Shown here one piece after another: positions 24,563 through 36,724 of a DNA stretch of 64,000 nucleotides (positions are counted from its first letter, which is position 1; each line of letters begins with the position of its first letter). A program made the position numbers and the translations under genes. The stretch comes from Lama guanicoe (Eukaryota): assembly GCA_013239625.1 (NCBI GenBank), contig MU053994.1, positions 2,299,589 to 2,363,588 of the forward strand, given 5' to 3'. The notes under the pieces are model-generated. The model was not told the origin of the DNA. It saw only the letters and a program-made list of their open reading frames with translations, and searched no databases.

Positions 24563-24630
24563 ATTTCCTGGGAAATAGACCCTGAGGCAGAGATTTGCAC
24601 ATGGGAAGCTTACTGAGGAGCACTCATAGA
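24563..24630 (-). mobile_element. LTR33/LTR16-type LTR terminal fragment
   Basis: TTCCTGGGAAATAGACCCTGAGGCAGAGATTTGCACATGGGAAGCTTACTGAGGAGCACTC. Confidence 0.6.
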
Positions 24631-25504
24631 ATCTTGTATTTTATCCATTCTGCTAATCCCTAACTTTTAATTGGTGAATTTAATCTATTTACATTTAATG
24701 TTATTACTGATAAGGAGGGACTTACTTCTGCTATTTTATTTGCTTCCTGTATGTCTCTAATTTTTTTTATTCCTCAATTCCTCTATTACTGCTTTCTTTC
24801 ATATCAAATGGATATTTTCTAGTGTACCATTTAAATTGCCTTGTCATTTTTTATACTGTATGTTTTTGTTATTTTCTTAGCAATTGCCCTAGGGATTCCA
24901 ATCAACACATTAAATTTATACCAATCCAGTTCAGATCAGTGCCAACTTAATCTTGATAGTATACAAAAACTTTTCTTCTATAGAGATCTGTTCCCCTTTA
25001 ATGTTGTTATTGTCACAAACTACACTACGTTGTTATATATTATGTGCCCATCAACACAGATATGTCTTTTTAAATCAGATAGGAAAAAGAGGAGTTACAA
25101 ATAAAAAACACATTAATACTGACTTTTAAACTAATGTATACAGTTACCTTTACCAGGATGCTTTATTTCTTTGTGTGGATTTGAGTTACTGCTAGTGTCC
25201 TTCCATTTAAACCCGAAGGACTCCCTTCAGCATTTCCTGTAGGACAGGTCTGCTAGTGACAGACTCACTCAGCTTCTGTTTATCTGGGAATATCTTAATT
25301 TCTCCTTCATTAAAAAACTTTATCAATTATTTTCTTTTGTCAGTTAAATGATTATTTAAAAAAATTTTTATCAATTATTTTTATTTGTTCTTTTTCACAG
25401 AATTTGTTTTGGAAGAAATTTAGAGCACTAAGTTTTGAGGACAAACTCCATTTGTGAGAGAGAACACAGAATTCAGGTAGGCTTGGAATGGCCTTCATTT
25501 TTTC

Positions 25505-25762
25505 TTTTTCTGGTGCTTTTTATTTTTAGTTTTAAATTGGAGTATAGTTGGTTTACAATGTTGTATTAGTTTCAGGTGTACAGCAAAGTGATTCTCATAT
25601 ATAAGAATATATATATTCTTTTTCATATTCTTTTCCATTATAGGTTATTATTAGATATTGAATATAGTTCCCTGTGCTATACAGTAGGTCCTTGTTATTT
25701 ATCTATTTTATATATAGTAGTGTGTATCTGTTAATCCCAAACTCCTAATTTATCCCTACCCC
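25505..25762 (-). mobile_element. Artiodactyl/camelid L1 3' end
   Basis: TAAATTGGAGTATAGTTGGTTTACAATG...CTCCTAATTTATCCC; TSD CCTTCATTTTT. Confidence 0.9.
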
Positions 25763-25894
25763 CCTTCATTTTTAAGGATAATTTTGCTAGACATAGAATT
25801 CTGGGTTTGTTTGTTTTCTTTCAGCACTTTGAATGTGCCATCTCACTGCCTTCTGGCTTCCATGGTTTCTGATGGGAAATCAGCTGTTAATCTA

Positions 25895-26172
25895 TGTCTT
25901 AGTCCGCTTGGGCTTCTATAAGAGAATACCATAGTTTGAGTGGCTTATAAACAACAGAAATTTATTTCTCACAGTTCTAGAGTCTGGGAAGTCCAGGGTC
26001 AAGGTGCCAGGGGATTCAGCATCCAGTGAGGGCCCACTCCCTGGTTCATATTCAGATATGTGTTCACTGTTTCCTTGTGCGGTAGAAGGCGTAAGGCAGC
26101 TCTCTGGGGTCTCTTTTATAAGGGCACGAATCCCATTCATGAGGGTTCCGTGAGCCTTCCCCCAATCACATT
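25895..26172 (-). mobile_element. MLT1A-like MaLR LTR fragment
   Basis: TGTCTTAGTCCGCTTGGGCTTCTATAAGAGAATACCATAG...AAATTTATTTCTCACAGTTCTAGAG. Confidence 0.8.
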
Positions 26173-27759
26173 TGGGAAGTGTGGACATTATTTCTCCAAA
26201 TGCTCTTTCTGGTTGTTCCTCTAGCTCCTCTTCTTCTTGGACTTCCATTATGCATATGTTAGGATGCCTTGATGATGCCCAAAGTTCTTTTAGGCTTTGG
26301 TGACTTTAATTCATTCTTGTTTCTTTCTGTTCCTCAGGCTAGCCGATCTGCACTGACACATTTTTAAGTTTGCTGATTCTTTCTTCCACCTGCTTGAATC
26401 TGCCATTGAGCTCCTTACTAAATTTTCATTTCAGTTATTGCACTTTTCAACTCCAGAATTTTTATTTGGTTCCTTTTTTTTTTTTATCATTTCTATCTAT
26501 TGACATTCCTTTTTTGGTGAGACATTGTTCTCATGGTTTCCTTTAGTTCTTCGGACAGATTTAAAATAGCTGATTTAAAGTCTTTTTCTAGTAAGTCCAA
26601 TGTCTGGGCTTCCTTAGAGACGTTCTATTACTGCTTTTTTTCTGTGTATGAGTTATACTTTCTTGTTTCTTTGCATGCATCATAAGTTTTTTGTTGAAAA
26701 CTTGACACTTTTAATGTTATAATATGGCAACTCTGGAAATTAAACTCTCTTCTCCCTGCCCCTGCCACCAACCCCAGGATTTTTTGCTGCTGTTTGTTGT
26801 AGCAGGTTTTTTTTAACAGACTTTTCTGAACTAATTTTGTAAAGTCTATATTCTTTATTGTCTGTGGCCTCTGAAGTCTGTTCCATTAGCTTAGCTGTCA
26901 ACTAGAATTAGAGAAAGATTTATTTAAATTCCTAGAACCAAAAAAACCCCCAAAAAACTAATAAAAGGAAAAAAAGTTCTGTGTGTACGTTAGGGTACAC
27001 CTTCAACACTCAGCCAGGTAATTTACCACTTCGCCTTAGCCTTCACTTCCAGCTTGCACAGAGCCTGACTGTCACACAGAGATCAGAGCCTAGGGCCTTC
27101 TTAGGACTTTCCTGAGCATGCACACAGCCCTGGGCAGGCATGTGGCCTTCTTGAATCCCAGGAATATCTCAGTTTTCAAAGCCCTTACTCCCAAAGCACC
27201 TCATTACGCAGCTTTTTCTCCCAACCTTTTTAGTTAGTCTGTTGTTTGTTTGCCCCAATGGTTATCTATTGCACCAGACAGCAGTGACTAACATAGATGC
27301 CTGTAAATGTTTTCAACAAATGCCTCCAGTAGTCATCTCAACACTGGGAGAGTTCTGAGATAGACGAGATAAAGGCAAGTCCTTTGAGCTGGTCCTTCAG
27401 GAAGCCACCAGACAAGTCAAAGTAAACAACCATAATCCTTTGTGAGTAAGGCCATTCTTCTCCCTCTAGTCCCAGTGCTAGTACTGGGAACATAGGCTGT
27501 CATCATCAAGGCCACTGCCATGATGGGGAGAAGATGACAGGACCAAGGTTAGTTAGAATGTCACAAAGGTCACTGTTCTTACTGAGATTCAGCCTGTTTT
27601 TCTTGAGTAAGCATTCCCCTGGTTGCTGCAACATTTCGGTTACTTTCCAGAGTTCTGAAAAAGTTGATGATGACAGTTTTGACCAGTTTTGTCATGGCTT
27701 TTATGGAAAGATAGACTTTTGGTATTTCTTACTTTGCCATTTTTGCTAGCATTAGCATT

Positions 27760-28018
27760 TGATATGGAGAAGTGGGCCACTTCTGAAGGCCCAGAGGGTT
27801 GAGATTTTTTTTTTTACTGTATTGATCCAGATATCCCTATTCTATATCTCAGGGTCCCTCTCCTTCCCAATTAGGGCCATGATCTTGGTACAGTAGACCT
27901 GTTGGAGTTGAGAATTTTACTTTGTCTAGAGCTCTGCTACTCTTATAATTAACTCCTGGGCCTGACTCTCAGCTTTTTCTACCCAGTGACTGCAGGAGAT
28001 GAGAGTCTCTTTTAATGC
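27760..28018 (-). mobile_element. ERV-L gag fragment (downstream half)
   Basis: Minus-strand translation ALKETLISCSHWVEKAESQAQELIIRVAEL*TK*NSQLQQVYCTKIMALIGKERDPEI*NRDIW resembles the ERV-L Gag N-terminal region. Confidence 0.85.
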
Positions 28019-28232
28019 ACTGGGGCTAGGATACTGATGGAAGGGAATTCACTGGCCTGATGCAATCAACATCTTAGGCATTTAAGAGGTACGGGGAAAA
28101 CAATAATTATAAAGACTATGGAATTGGAAGGATATTTCTGAGCACAATTGATGCGTTGGAGCAAAACAATAAAAAGTTGTGGATGACAAATCACCAATTA
28201 AAAGCAAGAAGTCAAAGCTATAGGCCTCCATA
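28019..28232 (+). mobile_element. ERV-L gag fragment (upstream half, inverted)
   Basis: Plus-strand translation NYKDYGIGRIFLSTIDALEQNNKKLWMTNHQLKARSQS resembles the ERV-L Gag segment preceding LKETLISC. Confidence 0.75.
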
Positions 28233-28239
28233 ATGATGC

Positions 28240-29790
28240 TAATAGATACAATAATACTAAAAACTACTATATTAATCCAAATGAAGTCACAAAAGGAGAG
28301 AAAATAAATTCAGAACTTGCAGGACAAATAGAATGTCTTTGGCAAACGATAGCACTAAAATTAAATATATCATTAATCATATTACATGTAAAATAACAGG
28401 GTGTGTGTGTATGTATATATTATATATATATGTGTGTGTGTATATATATATATATGTATATGTTATATTCACCAAAAGAAAGCAGATATGACTATAGTCT
28501 CAGAGAAATAAACTTTATGGAAAAAAGTATTCCTAGATATAAAAAAGAATTTATAAGGATTTTTTAAAATGTTAGATTCACCAAGAATATATACCAATTT
28601 TAAATGTGTATGCTTCTAATAAGAAGGACTCCAAATAAAGCAAAATATAATTACAAAGGGAAAGCTCAATCCTTGATCATAATGGGAGATTTTAACATAC
28701 TTTTCTTAGTAACTGGTAGCACAAACAGACCAAAATATCGTAAAGATATAGAACATTTGTACAATTCAATTAACAAACATGACTTAGTAGACATATAAAA
28801 AACAAGGTACTCACTAACTGTAGAAAATAGCTTCTTTATCAACTCCAGTGAAACAGTTACAAAAATTAACTAGGCTCAGCCATAAAGCAAGTTTCAACAC
28901 ATTTCAAGAAATGGAGCACATTCTCTGGCTATAATGCTTCTAAGCTAGAACTGAATAATTAAAAGATAACTTAAAATCCTCACTTGTTTGGATTAAGGAA
29001 TACACTGTTAAATGACCAAATAAGACATGACAATGAAAATAAGACAACATTTTGAACTGAATGATAATGAAAATGCTATATACCAAAGCTTGTGAGACAT
29101 AGCGAAAGTGTTACTAAAGCTAAGACATGTACAATCTTAAATATATATATTAATAAATGAGAAAGCTTGAAAATTAATGAGCTAAGCACCCATATCAAGA
29201 AGGTAGAAAAAGAACAGCAAATCTGAACCAAAGAGAGTGGAACACATGAAATAATAAAGATAAGAGCAGAAATCAATGAAATAAAAAGTAAAGCTGTAAT
29301 AGATTCAACAAAACCGCAAGTGGGTTCTCTGATGACAATGAAACAAAAATTTTAGATGAAATGGACAAATGGCTAGAAAAATGAAACATGTCAAAAGGAT
29401 TCAAGAAGAAATAGAAAATCTGAATTCTTCTACAACTATTAAGTTAATTGAATCTAAAACTTTTCCATCCCCCCCCCCTCCCCCCAATCTCTCCCCCCAT
29501 AAACTCCAGGCCAAATATTTAGAGAAGAAATAACACCAATATTACAAAACTCTTCCAGATAGTAGAAAAAAGAGGGAGCATTCCTCTTCTCTGGTAAAGC
29601 CCATATTACCTAGATAACAAAATACAACAAGAACATGATACAAAAGAAAATTTACAGGCCTACCTTTTTCAAGATCATAGATGCAAACCATCCTCATCAA
29701 ATATTAGCAAACTGAACCTAGCAATGAAACATAGGGGGGAAATAAAAGAATAATATACCTTTATCACATAAGATTTAATCCAGAAATGCT
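28240..29790 (+). mobile_element. Old L1M ORF2 (endonuclease to linker) fragment
   Basis: ORF-track 28604 ..IIMGDFNILF...DIEHLYNSINKHDLVDI matches the L1 endonuclease GDFN motif. Confidence 0.85.
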
Positions 29791-29799
29791 TAGTGGCAT

Positions 29800-30270
29800 C
29801 AAATTTCAGTTCTGTTTTTCGCTAGTATATATACGTACAATTGACTTTTTTAATTGTAGTCAGCAATTTGCTGATCATTAATTGTAACAGTTTATCTGTG
29901 AACTATTTGGGATTTCCTACTCTGTGTACCTAGTAACATCGTCTACAAATAATTACAGTTTTATTTCTTCTTTTCTGGTTTTTATACCTTCTGTTTAATT
30001 TATTTATTTTTGCATTGCTGCAATGGCTAGAACCAAACAAAAACACCTGTTGGGATTTTGACTATAATTTCATGGAATATGAAGATCAATTTGGGGAGTA
30101 CTTACATCTTTACAGCATTGATCCATCCAGTTCTGGAATATGGTATATTTCTCATTTATTTAATTTTTTTTCTTTTAATTTCTCTCAGTAATGTTTAATA
30201 ATTTGCTGCAGGACATCTTATGGTCCTTAAAAATTTTTTTTTCCTAGGTACTTGATTGTTTTTGATGTCA
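29800..30270 (-). mobile_element. Old L1M ORF2 fragments, rearranged
   Basis: ATCAATTTGGGGAGTACTTACATCTTTACAGCATTGA...CCTAGGTACTTGATTGTTTTTGATG. Confidence 0.7.
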
Positions 30271-30939
30271 TTGGGTCACGTCTGGGTTGGTCCTTGTCGC
30301 TATTTCGCAGCTGCGGCTGGCAAGTTCTAACCGGCTTCTTGCTGGCACTCATGTAGAGGAAGTAAAGCCCCTTTACGCTGAAGGCGGCATACTGCCATCT
30401 TCCGGACCATCCTTCCTCTCCTCCACCCATCTGCCTGGTGCCCCCACTTATCTAACTACCTAACAGGTCCATGACAGTGGAAGTCTGGTTCAGGAGAGGA
30501 ATGTTGGGGGTCTTGAGCTGGAAACTTAAGAGGCCTTAGAAAGATGGACTCGTGACACTGAGTCAAAGGAGGAGCAGCAGTTTTCTGCAAGGTCCAAAGT
30601 TTCGCTGGGGCTCTGAGTGGCTGAGGGAGGTTGGGGACAAGAGCAGTGGAGGTGAGGAAGTCAGAGAACCCAGGTGGGGTGAGGGAGGGGGGTGGCGGGG
30701 CCAGGCTGGTGGAAGGTTCACCTACCCATAGATGGACCTGGTTCTCTCTTGGATGAATACCCGCTTCCCCGTCACCTTCAGCGCCGTCAGCGGAGGTCAA
30801 GGAGAAGATCTGTGTTCTTTGCCCCTCCCCCCAGCAGGGGTCAGAGTGGGCGCTGGGCCTGGGCCTGGGCCCAGCCCTCGCCCAGCCTCCTACCCCACTC
30901 TCATCACCAGGGATCAAGAAGTCCCATCCAGGGTCACGG

Positions 30940-31125
30940 ATTTATTGAGCACCATTCATACCTGCTATGCGGCAGGCATGGTGCTGAGTACTTTATATTT
31001 CCTCGCTCCTTTAACCCTTTCAATAACTGTGAGGAAAGTGTGGTTCATTGGCCCATTTTACAGCTGAGAAAATGGAGGCTCAGAAGATGTAAACCCTGGT
31101 CAGCTGAGGCCAGAATCTGAAACCT
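30940..31125 (-). mobile_element. MIR SINE
   Basis: TTTATTGAGCACC...CCCATTTTACAGCTGAGAAAATGGAGGCTCAGA. Confidence 0.8.
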
Positions 31126-31944
31126 TGAACTTGCTGGCCCCCCCTGGTGGGCCATCTGGAGGGGAACCAGATCCATTCCAGGACCTCAGCGGTAGAAACA
31201 AGGAAATACAGCCCTCTGCTCTGCACAGGTATTCTTTCGCTTTGCTTTGCCCAGGGTCTCCTCTCCCTGCAAGTCTAGACCCCACTCTCTCCCTGCCCCC
31301 CAGACTAGGGTAACCTACGTCCAGCCGGGATGGTTCGGTCTCCCTGGCTGCGGCTCACCCTTCAACTGCTCCTCTCCCCGCTTTTTTTCTTCTCCTTCAG
31401 TGGTTTTGCTCATTTCATGCATGGCACTTGCTCGCCCTCCACTCTCATCCTTGGGGGCCACGAGTACTTCCAATACCTTCTGAGAGCCCAGAACCCTGGC
31501 AGGAGGAGATTAGAAGCTGCAGTGAGGGTTTGGAATGAGCATTTCTTTAGCAGGGCCCATACATGCATAGTCGATCTGAACATCACCCCCAAACAGGTCC
31601 ATCGACAGACTAGAACACTCTGGGCTCAGCTGACACCTGGGGAGAAGGAAAAGAGGGATCTCTCAGGCATTTTCCCCATTCAACTCATTCATTCATTCAT
31701 CAGATGTCTATTGAGCACCTACTGTGTGCCGCATTCTGCTCTAGGCAGCAGTGAACAACCCAGGTGGAATCCCTGGCTTATGTTCCCTGCTATTCCCAAA
31801 GCATTTGTCTCCCTGTCTGTCTCCTCAGTTAAAAAAAAAAAAAAAGGTAGTGCCCAAGTCTTCCATATACTTCAATTCCCAACACCTAGTATTGGATCTG
31901 TTACAGAGAACATGTTCCATAAATGTTAATTGAATGGCTGTTTG

Positions 31945-31998
31945 AATGAATAAATGAATGGATGGTTGGATGGATGGATGGATGGATGGATGGATAAA
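31945..31998. repeat. (GAAT/GGAT)n tail of an L2 3' end
   Basis: ATAAATGTTAATTGAATGG...GGATGGATGGATGGAT. Confidence 0.85.
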
Positions 31999-32310
31999 TG
32001 AGTGATGTAAAGTTTTGACATTAATGCCTTAAATTCCATCCCGAGAGGTGACTAAAGTCTCTAATTTTGATTAAGGTCTCTTCATGTTGAAGGCAGATAT
32101 CCCAGGGAGGGATAGTGGCCAACTGTACTTAGTGTGAAAGTGACAGCTGATGGGAGAACGTGGGTCTGTCAGGACCTGGGATGCAGTGTCAAAGCACAGG
32201 GGACTTCAGGGAAGCCTAGCGGGGCCGGGCCTGCATGCAGCCCCAAATCGTCAGGGGGCAGCAGAAGGCACAGGGCAGCTAGGGGAGAGAGCTTGGAGGA
32301 AGGTGGGCAC

Positions 32311-32759
32311 TGTTAAAAGAAAAGATTATTCCTGTCATTTGATAAAGATTGTAAGGCAGACTTTATTTAGGTCCATCATGATGAGTACAGGGACCACTGC
32401 AGTGGGGTTTGCAGTGGAGGAGAGAGGCTGGGGCCAAGTAGGGGTTTATAGCCTAGGAGCGGGGTGGCTGTCATTGGATGGGAATTAGAGGAAATACCAG
32501 GGTTTGGGGGATTCTGGCTAAACCGAGTTGACAGGATGTTTGCTGAAGGTAGGGAGGATGATAAGAAGGGTGGAGGATGAGGGATTTGATGAGACATCAA
32601 AGGTGTGGATTTGGGCTAAACTGACTCAGCAGGCATCTCACTAAAACTGGGTTAAGTGGGCAGAGCCACCTGATCCAGGAACAGAGCTGAGGCTGAATTC
32701 TAGTCACAGATCTCGGAGGAGTCTGACTCAAGTTTGGTCAAAGGGGAGAGTCTCTGTCA
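32311..32759 (-). mobile_element. MER31-like ERV1 solo LTR
   Basis: TGTTAAAAGAAAAGATTATTC...TTTGGTCAAAGGGGAGAGTCTCTGTCA; perfect 4-bp TSD GCAC (32307-32310 / 32760-32763). Confidence 0.85.
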
Positions 32760-32904
32760 GCACAAGATAGGCACCCAGAGCTGCCACCCGCTGCTGGCCC
32801 TGGAGGGGTGGGGGGCTGGGAGGAAAGGAAAGAGCTCAGGATCTTCCTCAGGACAAAAATCCTGGTCACCCCAAAGAACAAATGTCACCCGGGAAAGACC
32901 ATGC

Positions 32905-33050
32905 GCTCTGGAGTCGACTGCTTGGTTTCAAATCCAGCTCCATCATTGACTGTGTTACCTCGGGCAAGTCACTTAGCCACTCTGTGCCTCCCTTTCACCT
33001 TCTTTCCAGTGAGAGTAATGGTGCTGACCTCAGAGAGTTGTTTAAGGATC
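32905..33050 (+). mobile_element. MIR SINE
   Basis: GCTCTGGAGTCGACTGCTTGGTTTCAAATCCAGCTC...CCTCGGGCAAGTCACTTAGCCACTCTGTGCCTC. Confidence 0.8.
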
Positions 33051-33058
33051 CTCCAGGG

Positions 33059-33580
33059 CAGTGGTTCCCAGAGAGGTCTCCAGACCAGCAGCACCGCCTG
33101 GGAACTGGTTCGAAATGCAAATTCTTGGGCAGCCCCAGCCCTGCTGACTCAGAAACCCAGTCACTTTAATAAGCCTCTAGGGGATTCCAAGGGTCTCAAA
33201 AGTTTGAGAAACACTGTGCTGGATCCCACAGGACAAATCCCTTTGTAAGCAAGAAATTCGTTTTCTCCACCCTGAGCACAGAGTCAGGGGACCGGGTTTC
33301 AGGCCTGCCCTCCGGGTGCACAGTAGAATCACCTGGCCTCTTCCTAGACCAATTACATCAGACTCCCTGAGGGTGGGGGATGCAGGCATCAGCAGCTTGT
33401 AAAGCTTCCCCAGGTGATTCCAAGTGTAGTGAGGCAGCCTATCAGAAGCCCCTAGAGGGCTTGTTAAATCACAGCGTGCCAGCCCCACCCCCAGAGCACC
33501 CGATCCTCTAGGTGTGGGGTAGGGCCCAGGAATATGCATTTCGAACATGCTGCCAGATGCTGCTGGTACCACACTGTGAG
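33059..33580. mobile_element. Cluster of MER5A/MER5B hAT-Charlie fragments
   Basis: CAGTGGTTCCCAG...GAAATGCAAATTCTTGGG...TTTGAGAAACACTG; GTAGGGCCCAGGAATATGCATTTC. Confidence 0.75.
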
Positions 33581-35383
33581 ATCCCAGCGTAGGGATAGTT
33601 AGCTCAGAATGGAGATGCATGGGAGGGGAGGAGGCTTGGGGAGAAATCCTAGCTTTCTCCCTGCCCCCCACACTGAATTAAACAGGGGACAGCTGGGTCT
33701 GAACTTTGCTTGCCCGTGTATTGTTTTCATTATGCTCTGCCTGCACCGGAGGGATGAGCTTGGTTGATATTTGCAGAGAAGCGGAGCTGTGGCAGGGGGT
33801 CTCCCTCAGAGAAAGCGGGGATAATCTCCACCATCTCAGCAGATCCCCAGGAAAATCAATCAAGAGAAGCCTCCTGGACTGGGGTCCCTTGGGCTGCGTG
33901 TGGAACTACCTCCATCCTGGTCCTGGCCTCCTGCCTGTGTTCTCTTAGGAGCAGGTGTTTTTTTTTTTTTTTTAATTTTTTTTTTTTTTTTAACTGATTC
34001 AATTTCACGTCTCCTTGCTCCCAAGCTCCTCTAGTGGGGAGGGAAATAGGGAGCCAAGAGACTGAGATATTTTTGGTGGGCTTTTCAGTCATTCTGAGTT
34101 TATTCATTCATTCAACAAACATACATGGCTGTGCTCCAAGGGCACAGAGAGTTTTGCCTGTTTTGTTGTTTTCTGCACCGAATGAAATGAAGCACTGCCC
34201 AATACCGACGAAGCCTTCCTGAGCGCATCTCCCGTCTCTACTCCAGAGGTAACCACCAAATGGAACTTGGTGTCTGTCATTTCTAGACACATCTTTATAT
34301 TTCTGTGACCTCGCTGTGTATTGCTATGTTAAATTCAGTGGTGTGTGGAGACAAAGCTCGTGCCTCCCTGCCACCCTGCTGGCTGGCTGCCGCTGCTCTT
34401 GGCTCAACCGGGCGTTTGAGGCTCCCGTCCTTGGCATATGCGTCCTGCCTCGTGCACCTTCCCTGCTGTTTGGATTGCACGGCGTGAGGAATTGATCTCA
34501 GTCTCTGCTAAACCAGGGCCATGGGTATCTCACTGGATCCTCAGTGTAACCCTATGAGGTAAGTACTGTTACTAACTGTACTTTGTGGATGAGGAATCTA
34601 AGTGTGGTTCCCGCACCACTGGTGCGTGCTGGCGCCTGATTCCCTCCTGCGCCTGGACAGCCCCCTCCACGGGGCCTCGGTTTTCCGCGTCCCTCTTCAG
34701 GGAATTTGGGTACTTGCTCAGCATTGCCTTTCATCCACTTCCATGGCTGTGGGGCTGCTCCCAGTCCCCGACCCCCGGTGGGGTGACGCACTTTCTCATC
34801 CTGGGCAGCGTCCTTGGGGAAGGCCCAAGGATGGAGATCTGGGGCCAAGGGCAGCTCTGGACCTCGGTTGCCAGACCTTGCATCCGTGCTGTTCTTAGCT
34901 GGGCCTCCCAAGGCCTGTCGGCCCACAAGGCCAGGAGGGTGCAGCTGGCAGGAGGAGGCCAGGGCTCATGCAGGGAGCAGGAGAGATATACCTGGGGAAA
35001 GCCTGCCTCTGCCTCCAGCTACGTGACCTTAGGCAAGTCACTCCCTCTCTTGACCTCAACTTTCTCATCTGAAAAATGGGGCCTCTGCTTTCACGTCTGA
35101 GGTTCGTGTCTTACATCCATTTCAGCTCTAAAAACTTATTGGTGTCCTAAGCTGCTACAGAGATGGAAGGGGAGACTCTAGGGCGAGCTCACAGGGTTGA
35201 AGGTGAGAGGATCCTACGGGGGGGGGGGCGCTTTGCTGCCCTGTTGCCAAAGTGACTGAATGATTCTTCAAAGAAAGAAATACCCTTGCCTTTTTTGGGT
35301 CATCGTTGGCCAGGGGAGGTGGAGGGCAGGGAATCCGTGAATCAGGGCTGCCATACTGCATAACTCAGATCTGCTGGTACTCA

Positions 35384-35496
35384 TGGTTTTTTTTTTTCCT
35401 TAAGTTTTTTTTCACATGGAGGTATTAAGGGTTGAACCCAGGACCTCATGTGCATGCTAAGCATGCGCTCTACCACTGAGCTATACCCACCCCCCC
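35384..35496 (-). mobile_element. Camelid tRNA-derived SINE (Vic-1-like)
   Basis: Minus strand: GGGTATAGCTCAGTGGTAGAGCGCATGCTTAGCATGCAC..GAGGTCCTGGGTTCAA (A/B boxes), A-rich tail, TSD CTGGTACTC (35374 / 35497). Confidence 0.85.
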
Positions 35497-36724
35497 CTGG
35501 TACTCTTGTCTCAGTGAATCAGTAGAACTTGGTGTTTTAATCACAATAAGAGGAGAAAGCCTGGTGAACAGGGATACCCAGATGGATAGCAAAGGCGGAG
35601 GAGGCCCAGGCTTGCCCTGGCCACCTTGCCTCAGGTGAGCCTGGAGGGAGTGATGGAAGGCAGGAGCTGCTCCAGGCATCCTGGGGGAAGCTGTTCTCCT
35701 GTCAGGGAACGTCACCTGAGGGGCAGGCTGGCAGCTCCCACAGGTGTGTCTCAGGGATCAGCCTGAGCACCTCTACACTGACTCAGCCTCCTTGCCTCCG
35801 CGTTGGAGGTTTCTCTCCCTTTTTCTAACTCCCCCAAGAGCAGGACCTCTCAGCCGGGCTGTGGCTGTGTTGCTGTCACACAAAAAATCCTTTGCCAAGA
35901 AAAAATCGAAAGGATTTGCCTGACATTTCAGGCCTCATCCCGAGTCAGACACACCCACACGTCCAGGCTTCCATTTCCCAGCCCCAGCCCTCAGGTGCAT
36001 CGGCCCTGGTTGCTGCCGTCCAGGTCCCCCAGCCCATGACCATGCCGAGGCCTCCCCCATGCAGCAGAGGCTTTCACAGCACATCCTCCCCCGGGATGCC
36101 TTCCCTGACTAGCTCAGAACCCCATTAGCACCTGCTGACCCCAGCGCGCGGCACCCCCAGGGTGTGTTACCTGCTCTCTCCTCCTCTCCCTGACCATTGC
36201 CTGCAGGACAATCAACCTGTCACCACAGCGTCCCAACCCCGGGCCTGATATCGTGGGCACCCTGCTAACGTCTGATGAACACACAGATCTTACCTGTACA
36301 ACACCCCGCAGGGGTGGGAACGGCAGTTGCCATTTTCTAGATGAAGAAACAGGAGCTTAGAGAGTTACTGACTCAGGTCAGGCTGCCGAACGGGTGCCAA
36401 GCACGTCCCCCAGCCCTGAAAAATGACCCTACCTCTCGCAAGACTCAGGAGGAAGTGCTCTAAACGGTCCCACAGCAGTATCTGCCGATGGGTGGCAGTA
36501 GCACCCATCAGGGTAGGTGCCATTGGCCAAGGTATTTGGGGAATGTTTGGAGGTTTTGAATTGTGTGTGTGTTTCCTAACAAGAGTTTTCCTCCTTCCCC
36601 TTCCTTCGCCATTCACTACTTCATGGCCCCTGAGGATCGTGGCTAAGAATTTGTTTCCCAAAACTTAAGGCAGTTAAAGAAATTTTCTCAGTGCCCAGAG
36701 GGAGCTTTTATTTATTCTTTTTTT

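Larger units (their letters stand above)
24635..27750 (-). mobile_element. Old L1M (ORF2 start, ORF1, 5' region) with nested insertions
   Basis: TCCATTCTGCTAATCCCTAACTTTTAATTGG...GAAGGACTCCCTTCAGCATTTCCTGTAGGACAGGTCTGC...GAAATCAGCTGTTAATCT. Confidence 0.75.

Noticed and set aside
35384..35496. tRNA gene
   Set aside because: A/B boxes are present, but with an A-rich tail, TSDs and no intact acceptor stem, which indicates a SINE
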